DNA of 32,000 nucleotides from Promethearchaeum syntrophicum (lineage in GTDB: Archaea > Asgardarchaeota > Lokiarchaeia > Sigyniarchaeales > Promethearchaeaceae), in assembly GCF_008000775.2 (NCBI RefSeq), contig NZ_CP042905.2, forward strand, positions 3,450,001 to 3,482,000, written 5' to 3'. A program made the translations under genes and the position numbers. Below, piece by piece: positions 14,743 to 25,158 of this stretch. Numbering within the stretch: the stretch's first letter is position 1; the number at the start of each line of letters is the position of its first letter. Below the pieces are notes generated by a model that had not been told where the DNA came from, did not search any database, and saw only the letters and a list, made by a program, of their open reading frames with translations.

Positions 14743-16423
14743 ATTTCTTTACTTCTTCTGCAATAGCTACTAGTTCGTTATCTCCAATTTCAAATTCCCT
14801 AAAGATAACCCTACGAATTTGGCCATTTTTGCAAACAACATTATTTGCTTGGTGCTCTACAGTTCCACCTTTTAATTTTTCCCAGTATTCATTAACTTTG
14901 TCGCGATACACAGGATCAGGGTATGCATTCTTCATCCAAGCTACATCATTGGGGGTGTCTTCAAGTGTATATCCAAACATTTCAACAAATTTTGGATTCA
15001 AATATAGGCGAACACCTTTTTTATTGGAAATTGCAAAAGGTAGGGGAAATTTTTCAGCTAAATTCATGAATCTTCGTTGACTATTATGTAATTCAATTTG
15101 TCCCTTTTTTTGATCTGAAATATCAGTGACGATACCAGCTATATGTGTAGGTTCATTGTTTCTATTACGAACTAAGAAAATATTAATTAGGGTTTCAACA
15201 ATTTTCCCATTTATTCCAATTAATGGAATTTCACCCATCCAAATCTCCTCTTGGAGTAAGATGGGATTAATTTGTTTCTCTATTATTTCATAGTATTTTT
15301 CTGAGGTAATTTCTTTCCAGTTTTTTCCTTCGAATGAATTTGATGGATCATAGCCAAGTAATCGCTTCAAAGCTTGATTGGCATACCTAATTTCTCCCTT
15401 GAAATTACACATAATAAAACCAATTCCAGAGGTTTCGATTGCTTTATTAAAAAAATCAAGTCTGCTTTGCACAATCCTCTTATCTTCTTGAATTTTGAGA
15501 TGACTAAACACATTAGATAGCAAATCAGCAATTGTTTGAAGTAGTTTAATATCTAGGCTGCTCCAAATGATCTCCTCAGATTCACTTATTAAACTTAAAA
15601 AACCAACGAAATAATCTTTTTTTATCATTGGCATGATCAACAAGGATTTTAATGGATTTTTGGAGAGTATATTCGTCAAGGGGGCGATTTTTTCCGGTAA
15701 ATCGGATAATTTTGACACATAGATTTTGTTCTTTTCTTTTATCAGATTCGAAAGCCATACAAAATCCTGGTCACTCAATTCGTGCATTTTATTTGGGTTA
15801 GAGTCTACATTTTTCGCATTCCATTCATTGAACTTTATTAATTTTGAAGAGTTATAATCAAAAAGAAAAACGGAACATCTATCACTATTTACAAAAACTC
15901 CCACGTTAGCGAGGGTATTTAAGATCTTTTCTTCAATCAAATCAGGGGTCTGAGATATATCCATAAAACTCGCAGAAATCTCTGCAATTAATTTTTCCAT
16001 CGCAATTCGATGTCTTAATTCCAATTGGATATATCTTCTCGATGTTACATCCTCACCAAAATAGATTACCCCTATAATTTCATCTCCATCTTTTAATAGA
16101 TCGTGAAACCAACGAATAATCCTACGTTCAGAATTATTACAAATAACGAAACACTCTTCAACAGGTTGGTTAATTTTACCCGAGATTGAGGATTCAAATT
16201 CCATTTCAAGTTTTTTTCGCTCAGGTTCATATATAAAATTTTCAAACCAATTTTTTCCAATCGGTGATAAATTGTCATTCAAAATATAGCATCCATTTGG
16301 ATTCATATATGCGATTTCTTTATTTAAATCCAATGCAACCAAAATAAATCCCGGAACATTAGCAAAAGTTATAGATTTAGAGATTATATCCATTATTTTT
16401 TGATTTGGGTTAATTTCCCCCAT
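14741..16423 (-). CDS. PAS-GAF-PAS-PAS multi-sensor protein without a recognisable output domain
   Basis: 560 aa. PAS-like blocks include GFILVALDLNKEIAYMNPNGCYIL, GIGFIMCNFKGEIRYANQALKRLLGYDP and LPFAISNKKGVRLYLNPKFVEMFGYTLED. A GAF-like block is ILNTLANVGVFVNSDRCSVFLFDYNSSKLIKFNEW...GFLSLISE. I found no H-box/ATPase, GGDEF, HTH or receiver motifs. Confidence 0.75.
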   Translation of the reverse strand: MGEINPNQKIMDIISKSITFANVPGFILVALDLNKEIAYMNPNGCYILNDNLSPIGKNWFENFIYEPERKKLEMEFESSISGKINQPVEECFVICNNSERRIIRWFHDLLKDGDEIIGVIYFGEDVTSRRYIQLELRHRIAMEKLIAEISASFMDISQTPDLIEEKILNTLANVGVFVNSDRCSVFLFDYNSSKLIKFNEWNAKNVDSNPNKMHELSDQDFVWLSNLIKEKNKIYVSKLSDLPEKIAPLTNILSKNPLKSLLIMPMIKKDYFVGFLSLISESEEIIWSSLDIKLLQTIADLLSNVFSHLKIQEDKRIVQSRLDFFNKAIETSGIGFIMCNFKGEIRYANQALKRLLGYDPSNSFEGKNWKEITSEKYYEIIEKQINPILLQEEIWMGEIPLIGINGKIVETLINIFLVRNRNNEPTHIAGIVTDISDQKKGQIELHNSQRRFMNLAEKFPLPFAISNKKGVRLYLNPKFVEMFGYTLEDTPNDVAWMKNAYPDPVYRDKVNEYWEKLKGGTVEHQANNVVCKNGQIRRVIFREFEIGDNELVAIAEEVKK

Positions 16424-16692
16424 TTTTTATTCCCCTCTGGTATTCTAAGTAAATCAATACTTCTATTTGTGTTTGTGTTTTTTATGAAAGCTTACATTTC
16501 TTATACAAAAACTTGTTAAATAAATTTCGGATTAGAATGAAAATCAGATTTGTCAATTTTTAATTTGAGACTTCGAAAAGTATTAAGCATACAAAATTAA
16601 GGCATATTCATACATTCTATTATTTCAAGTTTAAAATGTATTTTTCTAAATCTTGTATAATAGGGTGCATGAATATTGTCGGATGATTGAAA

Positions 16693-17112
16693 ATGGGAAA
16701 AGTAAGAATACTCGGTATTATTGGCGGTTTCTTTGCTATTGTTGGAATAGTAGCAAGTTTATTTGTTGAACTTCTTGGATGGTATAATGCGGGACCTGGT
16801 GCATATGTAAATGCCATTGGTGGAGGAACTGCAGGAATAATTGCTAGTCCAATTGTTATTTTGGAATTTCTACCAGGGATTATCGCAGTTCTTGGCGCTA
16901 TTTTATGCTTTGTTCCGAAAAAAATCACGTGCTTAATCGGAGGGTTGCTAGTTATAATCGGCGCTGGTTTATTCCTATTTGGAGCAACTGCTAACTTCAG
17001 TAATTTTGGTGCCTTCTGGGTATCATCAACTGTTCATATTGGATACGGTTGGATGATTTGCGTATTTGGGGGCCTTCTTGGCTTCATCGGAACATTTGTT
17101 GGGGAAGAATAA
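16693..17112 (+). CDS. Small Gly-rich 4-TM membrane protein
   Basis: The ORF opens at TTG 16687 and an ATG lies at 16693 (MGKVRILGIIGGFFAIVGIVASLF...). It has four hydrophobic Gly-rich segments and is followed by T-runs. The antisense ORF 16620..16928 is judged spurious. Confidence 0.55.
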   Translation: MGKVRILGIIGGFFAIVGIVASLFVELLGWYNAGPGAYVNAIGGGTAGIIASPIVILEFLPGIIAVLGAILCFVPKKITCLIGGLLVIIGAGLFLFGATANFSNFGAFWVSSTVHIGYGWMICVFGGLLGFIGTFVGEE

Positions 17113-17120
17113 TCCAACAA

Positions 17121-17137
17121 TTTTTTACCTTTTTTTT
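17121..17137 (+). terminator. Oligo-T tracts (T6 then T8) downstream of the small membrane protein gene
   Basis: The sequence ttttttaccttttttttc starts 9 nt after the stop. Confidence 0.4.
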
Positions 17138-17178
17138 CTACTTATTTTAAAACCCCAAAATTCTAATTATTTGATTCT

Positions 17179-18645
17179 TTGTTAGTTTTGGATGATAATT
17201 TTTTGAAAAAACATTTATTTATATTGGGGAAAAATTGGAGGTTAGCCCTAGCAGAGATTGATTCTTATCTGCAAACACGAGATTATGCCGGGCGAATAAC
17301 AGATTATTCCTCAAATGTTGCAATAGTTGAATTTGAAAACGAAAAAATGTCCATCAAGCAAATTGGAAATTTAATGGTGTTTCTAGGTTCCGTTCAAAAA
17401 ATCGGAGAAATGATTGATTTTATCGATAGTGAGACCTTTACTGATGCTTTTCCAATAGATATAGAAAATAACAGAGCCAAAGTCTTTTCTGGAAGGCGGT
17501 ATGTTGATAATACATTAAAAGATATGGTGTATGAACTCTTTCCGAAAATTAAGAATGAAAAATTCTTTGTGGCAAATTCCATTTATCCCGCAGCATTTAA
17601 TGACCCATATTACAAAAAGAGTCTTGTTGCATATTTTTTACATTATGTAAATAAATTTTTTAACACGTATCTTAAAGAACAAGGGGCAAAACAAGCAATA
17701 TATTATCGATATCCTCAAAAAAATATTGAAAGTGGAAAATTAAACCCAATTTTTCCGCATCATTTTTTTACATACAAGCTCTATGAGCCTAATAGAGTGG
17801 AGCTTCTTTATTGTATGACCTCAGAAGGAATGTATTTTGGAAAGACGATTACAGTAGCGGACTCTAATTTTCAAAAAGAAATGGACGAAGAACGTCCTTT
17901 TAAAGAATTTAAATTTACAATCCCTCCAAAATTCGCAAAAACACTTATATCTTTTTTACAACTTGCCCCCTCAGTTAGAAATAAGAAAATTTATGATCCA
18001 TTTTGTGGATCCGGGACAATTATTCAGTTTGGGCACATGTTGGGCTATTCGGTGTATGGTTCAGATATCGAGAAAAACTACATTGAAGGAACTAGAAAAA
18101 ATATTGAATTTACCGCTCAACTTCTTGAAGAACCGATACCCCAGAAAATTTTAAAGGAGAATTTTTTTCAATCAGATATTACAGATGTTCATGAGCATTT
18201 TTCACCCGAATTCTTTGACGGTATAGTTAGTGAACCAATACTCATACCAATTTCGGACGAATTACCAGATACCGAGAAAATTGATGATTATTTGGATAGT
18301 ACAGTAATACCCATTTACAAAAAATTTTTAGAACAAGCTTATTTGTTGCTCAAACCTGGCAGAAAGTTAGCCTTTGTTTCTCCTCTCATAAAAACTAGCG
18401 ATAATCGAAGATTAAACTTGCCAATCAATAGGATGGCAGAAAAAATTGGTTTTAAATCAATTCAGTTATTAAGTACGGACCATTTACCAGAAAAAGCTAT
18501 TGAAATTGAGAATCCTTCATTTGAGCTGCACCGGAGTAAGTTTAAATCTATTTTCGATGGTAGTTCAAAAAAAATTTTAAGAGAATTCTTTCTCCTTGTA
18601 AAACCTAAAACGGGAACTAAAAGTAAATCAAAAAAAAAATATTAG
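17179..18645 (+). CDS. Class I SAM-dependent methyltransferase, Trm11/UPF0020-like (putative RNA methyltransferase) with an N-terminal THUMP-like region
   Basis: SAM motif I is IYDPFCGSGTIIQFGHMLGYSVYGSDIE. The motif IV position reads DGIVSEPILIP, i.e. degenerate relative to DPPY. The tail is basic (KSKSKKKY). It uses a TTG start with no ATG nearby. Confidence 0.55.
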   Translation: MLVLDDNFLKKHLFILGKNWRLALAEIDSYLQTRDYAGRITDYSSNVAIVEFENEKMSIKQIGNLMVFLGSVQKIGEMIDFIDSETFTDAFPIDIENNRAKVFSGRRYVDNTLKDMVYELFPKIKNEKFFVANSIYPAAFNDPYYKKSLVAYFLHYVNKFFNTYLKEQGAKQAIYYRYPQKNIESGKLNPIFPHHFFTYKLYEPNRVELLYCMTSEGMYFGKTITVADSNFQKEMDEERPFKEFKFTIPPKFAKTLISFLQLAPSVRNKKIYDPFCGSGTIIQFGHMLGYSVYGSDIEKNYIEGTRKNIEFTAQLLEEPIPQKILKENFFQSDITDVHEHFSPEFFDGIVSEPILIPISDELPDTEKIDDYLDSTVIPIYKKFLEQAYLLLKPGRKLAFVSPLIKTSDNRRLNLPINRMAEKIGFKSIQLLSTDHLPEKAIEIENPSFELHRSKFKSIFDGSSKKILREFFLLVKPKTGTKSKSKKKY

Positions 18646-18654
18646 ATATCACTA

Positions 18655-19515
18655 CTAATCTTTAAGCAATACATTTAACTCAGCTTGGGAGAATACGGGA
18701 CCATCAATACACACAAATTTACTTCCTATATTGCACCTTCCACATTTTCCAATACCGCATTTCATCCTCATTTCAAGTGAGAGAAAAACTTGTTCATCAA
18801 CAAATCCTAATTCGTGGAGAACTGGAGATGTGTACTTAATCATGACTGGTGGACCACACACAAATGCCATAGCATTTTTCGGACTAGGAGCAACTTCTTT
18901 TGTAATTGTTGGAACAAACCCTACCAACTTTTTCCAATCTGGATGTTCGCGATCTATGGTTAAATGGAGATTAATATCATCTCTTTTTCCCCACTCTTCC
19001 AAATCTTCTTTATAGCAAAATTCTCCTGGATTGCGGCATCCATAGATTATAGTAATATCTCCAAATTTTGATCGATTATTTCCATGTAAAAGATATACAA
19101 TAAAAGAACGTAGAGTGGTAAAGGCAAACCCGCCACCAATTATTACTATATTTTTTCCTTCTGCTTCTTTGAGTGGCCAACCATTTCCAAAAGGTCCGCG
19201 AATACCAAGAGATTTCCCTTTTTTTGAATCATGAAGACGATTTGTTACTTTTCCAGTTTTCTTAATTGTAAAAAGTAAGTAATCTTCTTCTGTTGGTGAA
19301 CTTGCAATACCTATTGGAGATTCACCAATACCAAATTCTGTAATCTCTGCAAATTGTCCAGGTTTAAAATTTTCAAAGAATTTTTCTTTATCCGCAATTT
19401 CATTAAAAGTTAATTTAAAAGTTTTTAAATCGTTTACTTCGTTTTCTGAATCTATATCTTCTATTGTAACCAATGAAGGAATATAGGGATTATCAAGTTC
19501 GTGTTTATGATTCAT
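18655..19515 (-). CDS. FAD/NAD(P)H-binding oxidoreductase with a C-terminal [2Fe-2S] site (FlxA / sulfhydrogenase gamma HydG / AsrB-like)
   Basis: Ferredoxin-reductase-type layout: GESPIGIASSP (FAD), NIVIIGGGFAFTTLRS (NAD(P)-binding) and C-terminal MKCGIGKCGRCNIGSKFVCIDGP (PyrK-type Cx4Cx2C...C). Confidence 0.8.
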   Translation of the reverse strand: MNHKHELDNPYIPSLVTIEDIDSENEVNDLKTFKLTFNEIADKEKFFENFKPGQFAEITEFGIGESPIGIASSPTEEDYLLFTIKKTGKVTNRLHDSKKGKSLGIRGPFGNGWPLKEAEGKNIVIIGGGFAFTTLRSFIVYLLHGNNRSKFGDITIIYGCRNPGEFCYKEDLEEWGKRDDINLHLTIDREHPDWKKLVGFVPTITKEVAPSPKNAMAFVCGPPVMIKYTSPVLHELGFVDEQVFLSLEMRMKCGIGKCGRCNIGSKFVCIDGPVFSQAELNVLLKD

Positions 19516-19530
19516 GATTTTCTAACCACA

Positions 19531-20637
19531 TTATGCTTTTTCTGCTGTTTCAACTACCGTTTTAAGTGTTTCTCTGATGTCACGATTAGTAGGACACACT
19601 TTAATACAACGCCCGCAACCAACGCAACCCAGAATTTTATAATTTTTAAGATAATAATTAAATTTATGATAAATTCGCTGTCTTGTTCTTTCTCTACCTG
19701 AATTTCGAGGATTATGCCCAGATGCTTCAAGTGTAAAAATTGACGTTTGACAATTATCCCATATTCTGACCCGTGTTCCTTCATTTTTATCATATTTATC
19801 CTGCACATCAAAACAATGGCATGTAGGACAAATGTAACTGCAAGCGCCGCAAGAAAGACATTTACGACTTACGACTGACCATATATCACTCTCAAATAAA
19901 CCATCGAGATCCTTTTCAATGTTATCCAAATTAATATTAAATTGAATCTTATCACGCGATGATGATGCCCATTCTTCTTTTCTTTTAAGATCGGCTTGTT
20001 CTACATCGGGATACTCTTTTACATATTTATTAAAGATGCTTCCTTTTTCCGAGGTAATTTTAAAGATATATTTATCCCCCAGATCGAATAAAATCGCATC
20101 TAATCCTTCAGAAGAGAATGGGTCACCACCTACTGAAGTGCAAAAGCACGTACTCATAGGTTCGTTGCAGGCTAATCCAATTAATAGAGTTTTATTCCTT
20201 TTGTTGAAATAGTAAGGATCACTATATTTTCCTGATGAGAAAAAGGTATCGAGGATTTTATAACTTCGCGCATCACAACTTCTGATACCAAAAATTACTT
20301 GATCATCAATAATTTCTTCTTTCTCTTTTATCTTTATTTTATTATCTTCTTTTTCAAATGAATAAAGCACTTCGTTTTGTGGAAAGAGAAATTTTTTGGG
20401 AGAGATTCTTAAATTTTGATATTCGGGGAATTGATATTCTTCATTATCTAAGTCAAGATAACCAAATTCTACTTCATTTTCAGCCTTTTTTGGAACTATC
20501 ATCTTAAAATCTTTGTATATCCCCTTGATTAAGGAATCTAATTTATCTTTTGGAATAATCTTCTCAATTGTTTGCTGTTGATCTACCTGATTTTTTTGAT
20601 CATTTTGGTTTTTTTGCGTTTTTGCTTTTTTTACCAT
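19531..20637 (-). CDS. Iron-sulfur protein, FlxB / sulfhydrogenase beta HydB / AsrA-like
   Basis: 368 aa with AAGGGGGA upstream of the ATG. Cluster motifs are CLSCGACSYICPTCHCFD and CVGCGRCIKVCPTNRDI. Length and motif placement resemble HydB/AsrA. Confidence 0.75.
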   Translation of the reverse strand: MVKKAKTQKNQNDQKNQVDQQQTIEKIIPKDKLDSLIKGIYKDFKMIVPKKAENEVEFGYLDLDNEEYQFPEYQNLRISPKKFLFPQNEVLYSFEKEDNKIKIKEKEEIIDDQVIFGIRSCDARSYKILDTFFSSGKYSDPYYFNKRNKTLLIGLACNEPMSTCFCTSVGGDPFSSEGLDAILFDLGDKYIFKITSEKGSIFNKYVKEYPDVEQADLKRKEEWASSSRDKIQFNINLDNIEKDLDGLFESDIWSVVSRKCLSCGACSYICPTCHCFDVQDKYDKNEGTRVRIWDNCQTSIFTLEASGHNPRNSGRERTRQRIYHKFNYYLKNYKILGCVGCGRCIKVCPTNRDIRETLKTVVETAEKA

Positions 20638-20654
20638 TTATATTCCCCCTTCTA

Positions 20655-21629
20655 TTATTCACTGATTATAAATTCTTGAGGATCATCCTTTTTATAGGAT
20701 CCCAATATAGAGGGATCGCCCAATTCAATTTTATCAGCATCCCATCTATCTTTTGCCATTTTTCTTAATTTTTTATATAATAAATGAATATCTATCCCCT
20801 CAGGGCAAGCTCGTGTACATGCCTCACAACCTGTACATCTTCCCGCCAAATGAATAGCCCGTGTCATATGAAAAAGCATTTTTTCTGAAAGATCGTTAGT
20901 TTTATCAAACCATTGTGGTTGATTTGAATCAATAAAACATGTTTTGCAATAACATAATGGGCAAGCATTCCTACACGCCATACATAAAGTGCATTTTTCT
21001 AACTCTTTTTTAAAGTACTCCCATCGTTCTTTTGGGGTTTTTTTCTCAAATTCGATTACATCAAGATATTCATCGAAATCTTCTTCTTTGATATTTTTAA
21101 ATTCGCTAGGAGCTTCAACCAAGTAATCATATTCTACAGGATTTTTATCTTTACAATAAACACATGAATCTGATAGAATATCTTGAAGTTTAATATTTTT
21201 TTCAAAATCAATACCTTTAAAGGTATAATCATTTTCATTTTTCTTAAACTCAGTAAATTCTTTACCACCAAATAATTTCGAGAGTTTATTCGAATCAATT
21301 ATGCCATGACCGCATGGAACCCCAATGATGACAATATCTTCGCGATTTATTTGTTTTTCATTTAATAATACAATTAAAGAACGAATCTCACAAGTTTTTA
21401 AAATTATCCCTATTTTCTTTCCATGAGGTTCATCATGTAGAAATTTGACTAAATTTAGATTACAATAGTCATTCCAAATTAACCTATCGATATCCTCTTC
21501 TTTCTCAATATAAAAAGGCATTGATTTTAACGGAAGAGTTCCTTCTTCAAACCCTAACACAAATTCAACTTTTTTTTCCGATATTAATGATCTTACGATT
21601 TCACTAAGTGATTTTCTAATTTCTTCCAT
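20655..21629 (-). CDS. Iron-sulfur protein, FlxC-like (2 x CX2CX2CX3CP)
   Basis: CTLCMACRNACPLCYCKTC and CTGCEACTRACPEGIDI. The N-terminal part contains IVIIGVPCGHG. The ORF opens at 21695, overlapping mvhD by 59 nt. I prefer ATG 21629, which lies 7 nt after the mvhD stop. Confidence 0.6.
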   Translation of the reverse strand: MEEIRKSLSEIVRSLISEKKVEFVLGFEEGTLPLKSMPFYIEKEEDIDRLIWNDYCNLNLVKFLHDEPHGKKIGIILKTCEIRSLIVLLNEKQINREDIVIIGVPCGHGIIDSNKLSKLFGGKEFTEFKKNENDYTFKGIDFEKNIKLQDILSDSCVYCKDKNPVEYDYLVEAPSEFKNIKEEDFDEYLDVIEFEKKTPKERWEYFKKELEKCTLCMACRNACPLCYCKTCFIDSNQPQWFDKTNDLSEKMLFHMTRAIHLAGRCTGCEACTRACPEGIDIHLLYKKLRKMAKDRWDADKIELGDPSILGSYKKDDPQEFIISE

Positions 21630-21636
21630 ATTTTTA

Positions 21637-22125
21637 TCACTGATCTTCTTTAAATATTTTATTTGGTCCCAACTTTCGTGTTTTTTCAGTAACATCCCTT
21701 ATTACTTGCGCGAACGCTTCTCCTTCAGCTGCAGAAACCCACGAGAAATTTACTCGCCCCTTTTCAATCCCTATAAACTCTAATAAATCATTCAACACTG
21801 AGAATTTTCTTCGAGCATAATAATTTCCTGAAATATAATGACAATCTCCCGGATGACAGCCGGAAACAAGTACAGCATCAACCCCCACTTGTAAACTTTT
21901 TAGGACATGTAATGGGTTAATTCTTCCAGAGCATGGAACTCTAACGACTCGTACATTTGGGGGGTATTGAATTCGAGATACGCCTGCCAGATCTGCACCT
22001 GCATATGAACACCAATTGCAAAGAAACGCTATTATTTTGGGTTCCCAATTTTCATCCGTAACCTCTTGAGTTTCATCAGAAGTGTGCATAACTTGGATTT
22101 CTTCAATTTTATCTGTATCTACCAT
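21637..22125 (-). CDS. mvhD: MvhD/FlxD-type [2Fe-2S] electron-transfer subunit
   Basis: PKIIAFLCNWCSYAGADLAGVSRIQYPPNVRVVRVPCSGRINPLHVLKSLQVGVDAVLVSGCHPGDCHY is the hallmark MvhD/FlpD core. The ORF opens at 22152. ATG 22125 has AGGTGA 7 nt upstream. Confidence 0.85.
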   Translation of the reverse strand: MVDTDKIEEIQVMHTSDETQEVTDENWEPKIIAFLCNWCSYAGADLAGVSRIQYPPNVRVVRVPCSGRINPLHVLKSLQVGVDAVLVSGCHPGDCHYISGNYYARRKFSVLNDLLEFIGIEKGRVNFSWVSAAEGEAFAQVIRDVTEKTRKLGPNKIFKEDQ

Positions 22126-22138
22126 TGTAAATTCACCT

Positions 22139-25100
22139 TTATTTAAACTCATTAATAACTAAATATAATTCCTCATCTGTAAATCCGAGTAAATCGATAG
22201 CCGAACCCCTGCAACTCGAAACACAAGCACCACACCCTTTACATAATCCAGAATTAATTTCAACAACCATTTTTTCTTCATCCATTTTGATTGCACTATA
22301 GGCACAAGTCTCTATACATAACCCACAACCGCTGCATTTGGAAATATCAACATGGGCAACTATTCCTTCAGATTCAATTTCATCTTTGCTTAGATAGGTT
22401 GAAGCTCGAGATACTACCGCATTAGCTTGCATGATAGATTCATCAATCGATCGAGGAGAATGAGCAAGACCACATACAAAGACTCCGGCAGTTGCAAAAT
22501 CAACAGGTCTCAATTTAACATGAGCTTCTAAGAAAAATTTATCATCATTTAATGGAACTTTTAACATTGGAGCTAAAATTTCGTTAGATTCATATGGAGG
22601 ATGAATTCCTACACTCAACACTAACAGATCCAGATCAATATCTATCTTTCCAATGTTTGGGGAATCGAGATGAATAACTAGATTCTTCCCTTTTTTTTCT
22701 AATTCAGGAGGTAAATCTTGATCAAATCTAATAAACATAACTCCTTTACTTCTTGCTTCCCGATAATATTTCTCTTTAAGACCGTATGTTCTAATATCCC
22801 GAAATAGAACAATAATTTCTTTCTCCGGATAAAGATCTTTTAGCTTTATAGAGTTTTTAACGGCTTCTGCACAACAAACTCTGCTACAATAGGGATTTTC
22901 ATCATTTCTGGAGCCGATACATTGAATCATTACAATTTTATTGACTTTTTCATCGAGTTCATTCTCGAAAAGCATTTTTTCGAAATCTATTTGAGTAACA
23001 ACTCTTGGATCTTTGGTATACAAATATTCTGTTGGTTGGTATTGTTCACCACCAGTGGCAACTACAATGATTCCATGTTCAAGGGTATTTTCTTCACTTT
23101 CTTTATTTTCCATCGATTTTAATGTAGTTTCAAAATTTCCTACAAAACCTTCGATTGTATCAATTTCTGTGTCCAAAAAGATCTTAAGGTTCTCATTATT
23201 CTTCGCATTTTTAACGATATTAGATAAATATTCTTGTACATTATTACCTTCGATTGTAGCATATATATTTTTGGCATGTCCGCCCAATTCTGCGGTTTTT
23301 TCAACCAAATATGTCATAAAACCTTGTTCAGCAAAGCCTAAAGCTGCAGTTAATCCAGAAATTCCTCCACCAATAACTAGAACATTATGATTCATATCTA
23401 AAATGGTTCTTTGCAGAGGTTCTATTTTATTTGCTTTACTCACGGCCATTCGAACTAAATCTTTTGATTTTGCGGTTGCAGCAACAGGCTCATGCATATG
23501 AACCCAACTGCATTGATCTCGAATATTTGCCATTTCAAATAGATAAGGGTTTAATCCCGCTTCTCTTATCGTTTCTTGGAATAGTGGTTCATGGGTTCTC
23601 GGTGTGCATGATGCAACTATAACTCGGTTTAAATTATTCTCTTTTATGGATTCAACAATTTTGGTTTGCGTGTCTGCTGAGCAAGTGTAAAGGTTTCTCT
23701 CTGCATATTCTACATTCTCCAAAGTTTCCGCATATTTCACTACGTCTGGAACGTCTACATAACCGCCTATATTAACACCACAATGGCAAACAAAAACTCC
23801 GATTCGTGGAGGTTGTCCTTCGACATTGATCTCTGGAGGGTATTCTTTCTTAGTTACCAAAGAATTTCGTACTGAATGCAATAAAATATTTGCATGTGCT
23901 GCACTTGCGCTAGCTTGAATAACACTTTCAGGAATATCTTTTGGAGCTGCAAAGGCACCACATACAAAAATTCCTGGTTTTGAGGTTTTACTCGGTGTAA
24001 AAGTGTCGGTTTGGCAAAAATTGTATTCATTTAATTCAAAACCAAAAATCTTGCTTAATTTAATAGCGTCATCTGGAGGATTTAACCCTACGCTTAACAC
24101 AACCATATTATATTCTTCAGTAATCAAAGATCCGTTTTCAGATTCATATGATAAAATCAGGTTTTTATTATCCGGATTTTCTTCTATGGATGAAATCCGG
24201 CTCCGGATATATTTTATCCCATATTCATCTTGAGCGCGTATAATATATTTATCAAAATCTTTTCCATATGCCCTAATATCCATCGTAAAAATGGTGGGAT
24301 TTACTTGATGTTGATGTTCTTTGGCAATTACAGCCTCTTTGGCGGTATACATGCAACAAACTGAAGAACAATAAGGTTTAGCGTGATGGATGTCCCTTGA
24401 GCCAATACATTGAAGAAACGCTACTTTTTCGGGAATATCTCCATCAGAGGGTCGTAAGACCATTCCGGTATACGGTCCACTTGCACTTAAAATTCTTTCA
24501 AACTCAATACTCGATACAACATTTGGATATTTTCCATAACCATAAACTTGTAAAGGTGCAGGATCAAATTCATCAAAACCCGGAGCTAGAATAATAGCTC
24601 CTACATTAATAGTTATTTCTTCATCTTGTTGGAAATATTCAACTGCATGAGCCTTACAAACGGCTTCGCATATTCCACAACCGATACATTTATCTCTATT
24701 AATGGAAAAGACAAGAGGAACAGATTGAGGGTATTTAACAAATGCTGCACTATTAATAACCATATTTTCATTATAGATATCAATACCCTCTACAGGACAT
24801 TGTTGCCCACAAATACCACACCCTGTACATTTCTCACTATTTATGAATAATGCTTTTTTCAATATGTTTACGTTGAAATTTCCCGCTTCTCCATCAAGTT
24901 TAACTATATTCGCGTTGATTAAAAGTTCGATATTTGGATGTCTTCCCGCTTCTACGAGTTTAGGGGAAAGAATGCACATTGAACAATCATTTGTTGGAAA
25001 AGTTTTATCCAGCTGTGACATAACTCCTCCAATACCTGTAGTTTTTTCAGATACATATACTTTATAGCCTGAATCAGCTAAATCCAGAGCTGATTGAATT

Positions 25101-25147
25101 CCAGCAATACCGCCACCAATGACTAATACAGCACCAATCTTTTCCAT
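22139..25147 (-). CDS. hdrA: Fused double-module HdrA (heterodisulfide reductase subunit A-like flavoprotein), 1002 aa
   Basis: The N-half has VIGGGIAGIQSA, FPTNDCSMCILSPK, an inserted ferredoxin (CTGCGICGQQCP, CIGCGICEAVC) and QCIGSRD...YCSSVCC. A linker occupies about aa 420-447 (nt 23807-23890). The C-half has IGVFVCHCGVNIGG, ASCTPRTHEPLF, VIGGGISGLTAA, QCIGSRN..YCSRVCC and a C-terminal ferredoxin (CSGCGLCIETC, CKGCGACVSSC). Confidence 0.9.
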   Translation of the reverse strand: MEKIGAVLVIGGGIAGIQSALDLADSGYKVYVSEKTTGIGGVMSQLDKTFPTNDCSMCILSPKLVEAGRHPNIELLINANIVKLDGEAGNFNVNILKKALFINSEKCTGCGICGQQCPVEGIDIYNENMVINSAAFVKYPQSVPLVFSINRDKCIGCGICEAVCKAHAVEYFQQDEEITINVGAIILAPGFDEFDPAPLQVYGYGKYPNVVSSIEFERILSASGPYTGMVLRPSDGDIPEKVAFLQCIGSRDIHHAKPYCSSVCCMYTAKEAVIAKEHQHQVNPTIFTMDIRAYGKDFDKYIIRAQDEYGIKYIRSRISSIEENPDNKNLILSYESENGSLITEEYNMVVLSVGLNPPDDAIKLSKIFGFELNEYNFCQTDTFTPSKTSKPGIFVCGAFAAPKDIPESVIQASASAAHANILLHSVRNSLVTKKEYPPEINVEGQPPRIGVFVCHCGVNIGGYVDVPDVVKYAETLENVEYAERNLYTCSADTQTKIVESIKENNLNRVIVASCTPRTHEPLFQETIREAGLNPYLFEMANIRDQCSWVHMHEPVAATAKSKDLVRMAVSKANKIEPLQRTILDMNHNVLVIGGGISGLTAALGFAEQGFMTYLVEKTAELGGHAKNIYATIEGNNVQEYLSNIVKNAKNNENLKIFLDTEIDTIEGFVGNFETTLKSMENKESEENTLEHGIIVVATGGEQYQPTEYLYTKDPRVVTQIDFEKMLFENELDEKVNKIVMIQCIGSRNDENPYCSRVCCAEAVKNSIKLKDLYPEKEIIVLFRDIRTYGLKEKYYREARSKGVMFIRFDQDLPPELEKKGKNLVIHLDSPNIGKIDIDLDLLVLSVGIHPPYESNEILAPMLKVPLNDDKFFLEAHVKLRPVDFATAGVFVCGLAHSPRSIDESIMQANAVVSRASTYLSKDEIESEGIVAHVDISKCSGCGLCIETCAYSAIKMDEEKMVVEINSGLCKGCGACVSSCRGSAIDLLGFTDEELYLVINEFK

Positions 25148-25158
25148 ACATTCTCACT

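Noticed and set aside
16620-16928. 102-aa minus-strand ORF overlapping the small membrane protein gene
   Set aside because: The plus-strand frame is longer, shows regular TM-helix periodicity and is followed by oligo-T tracts. The minus-strand product is Pro/Ile-rich with no structure-like pattern.
22922-25067. Series of 60-125-aa plus-strand ORFs within the fused hdrA
   Set aside because: They are antisense shadows of a 1002-aa frame full of canonical HdrA Fe-S and FAD motifs.
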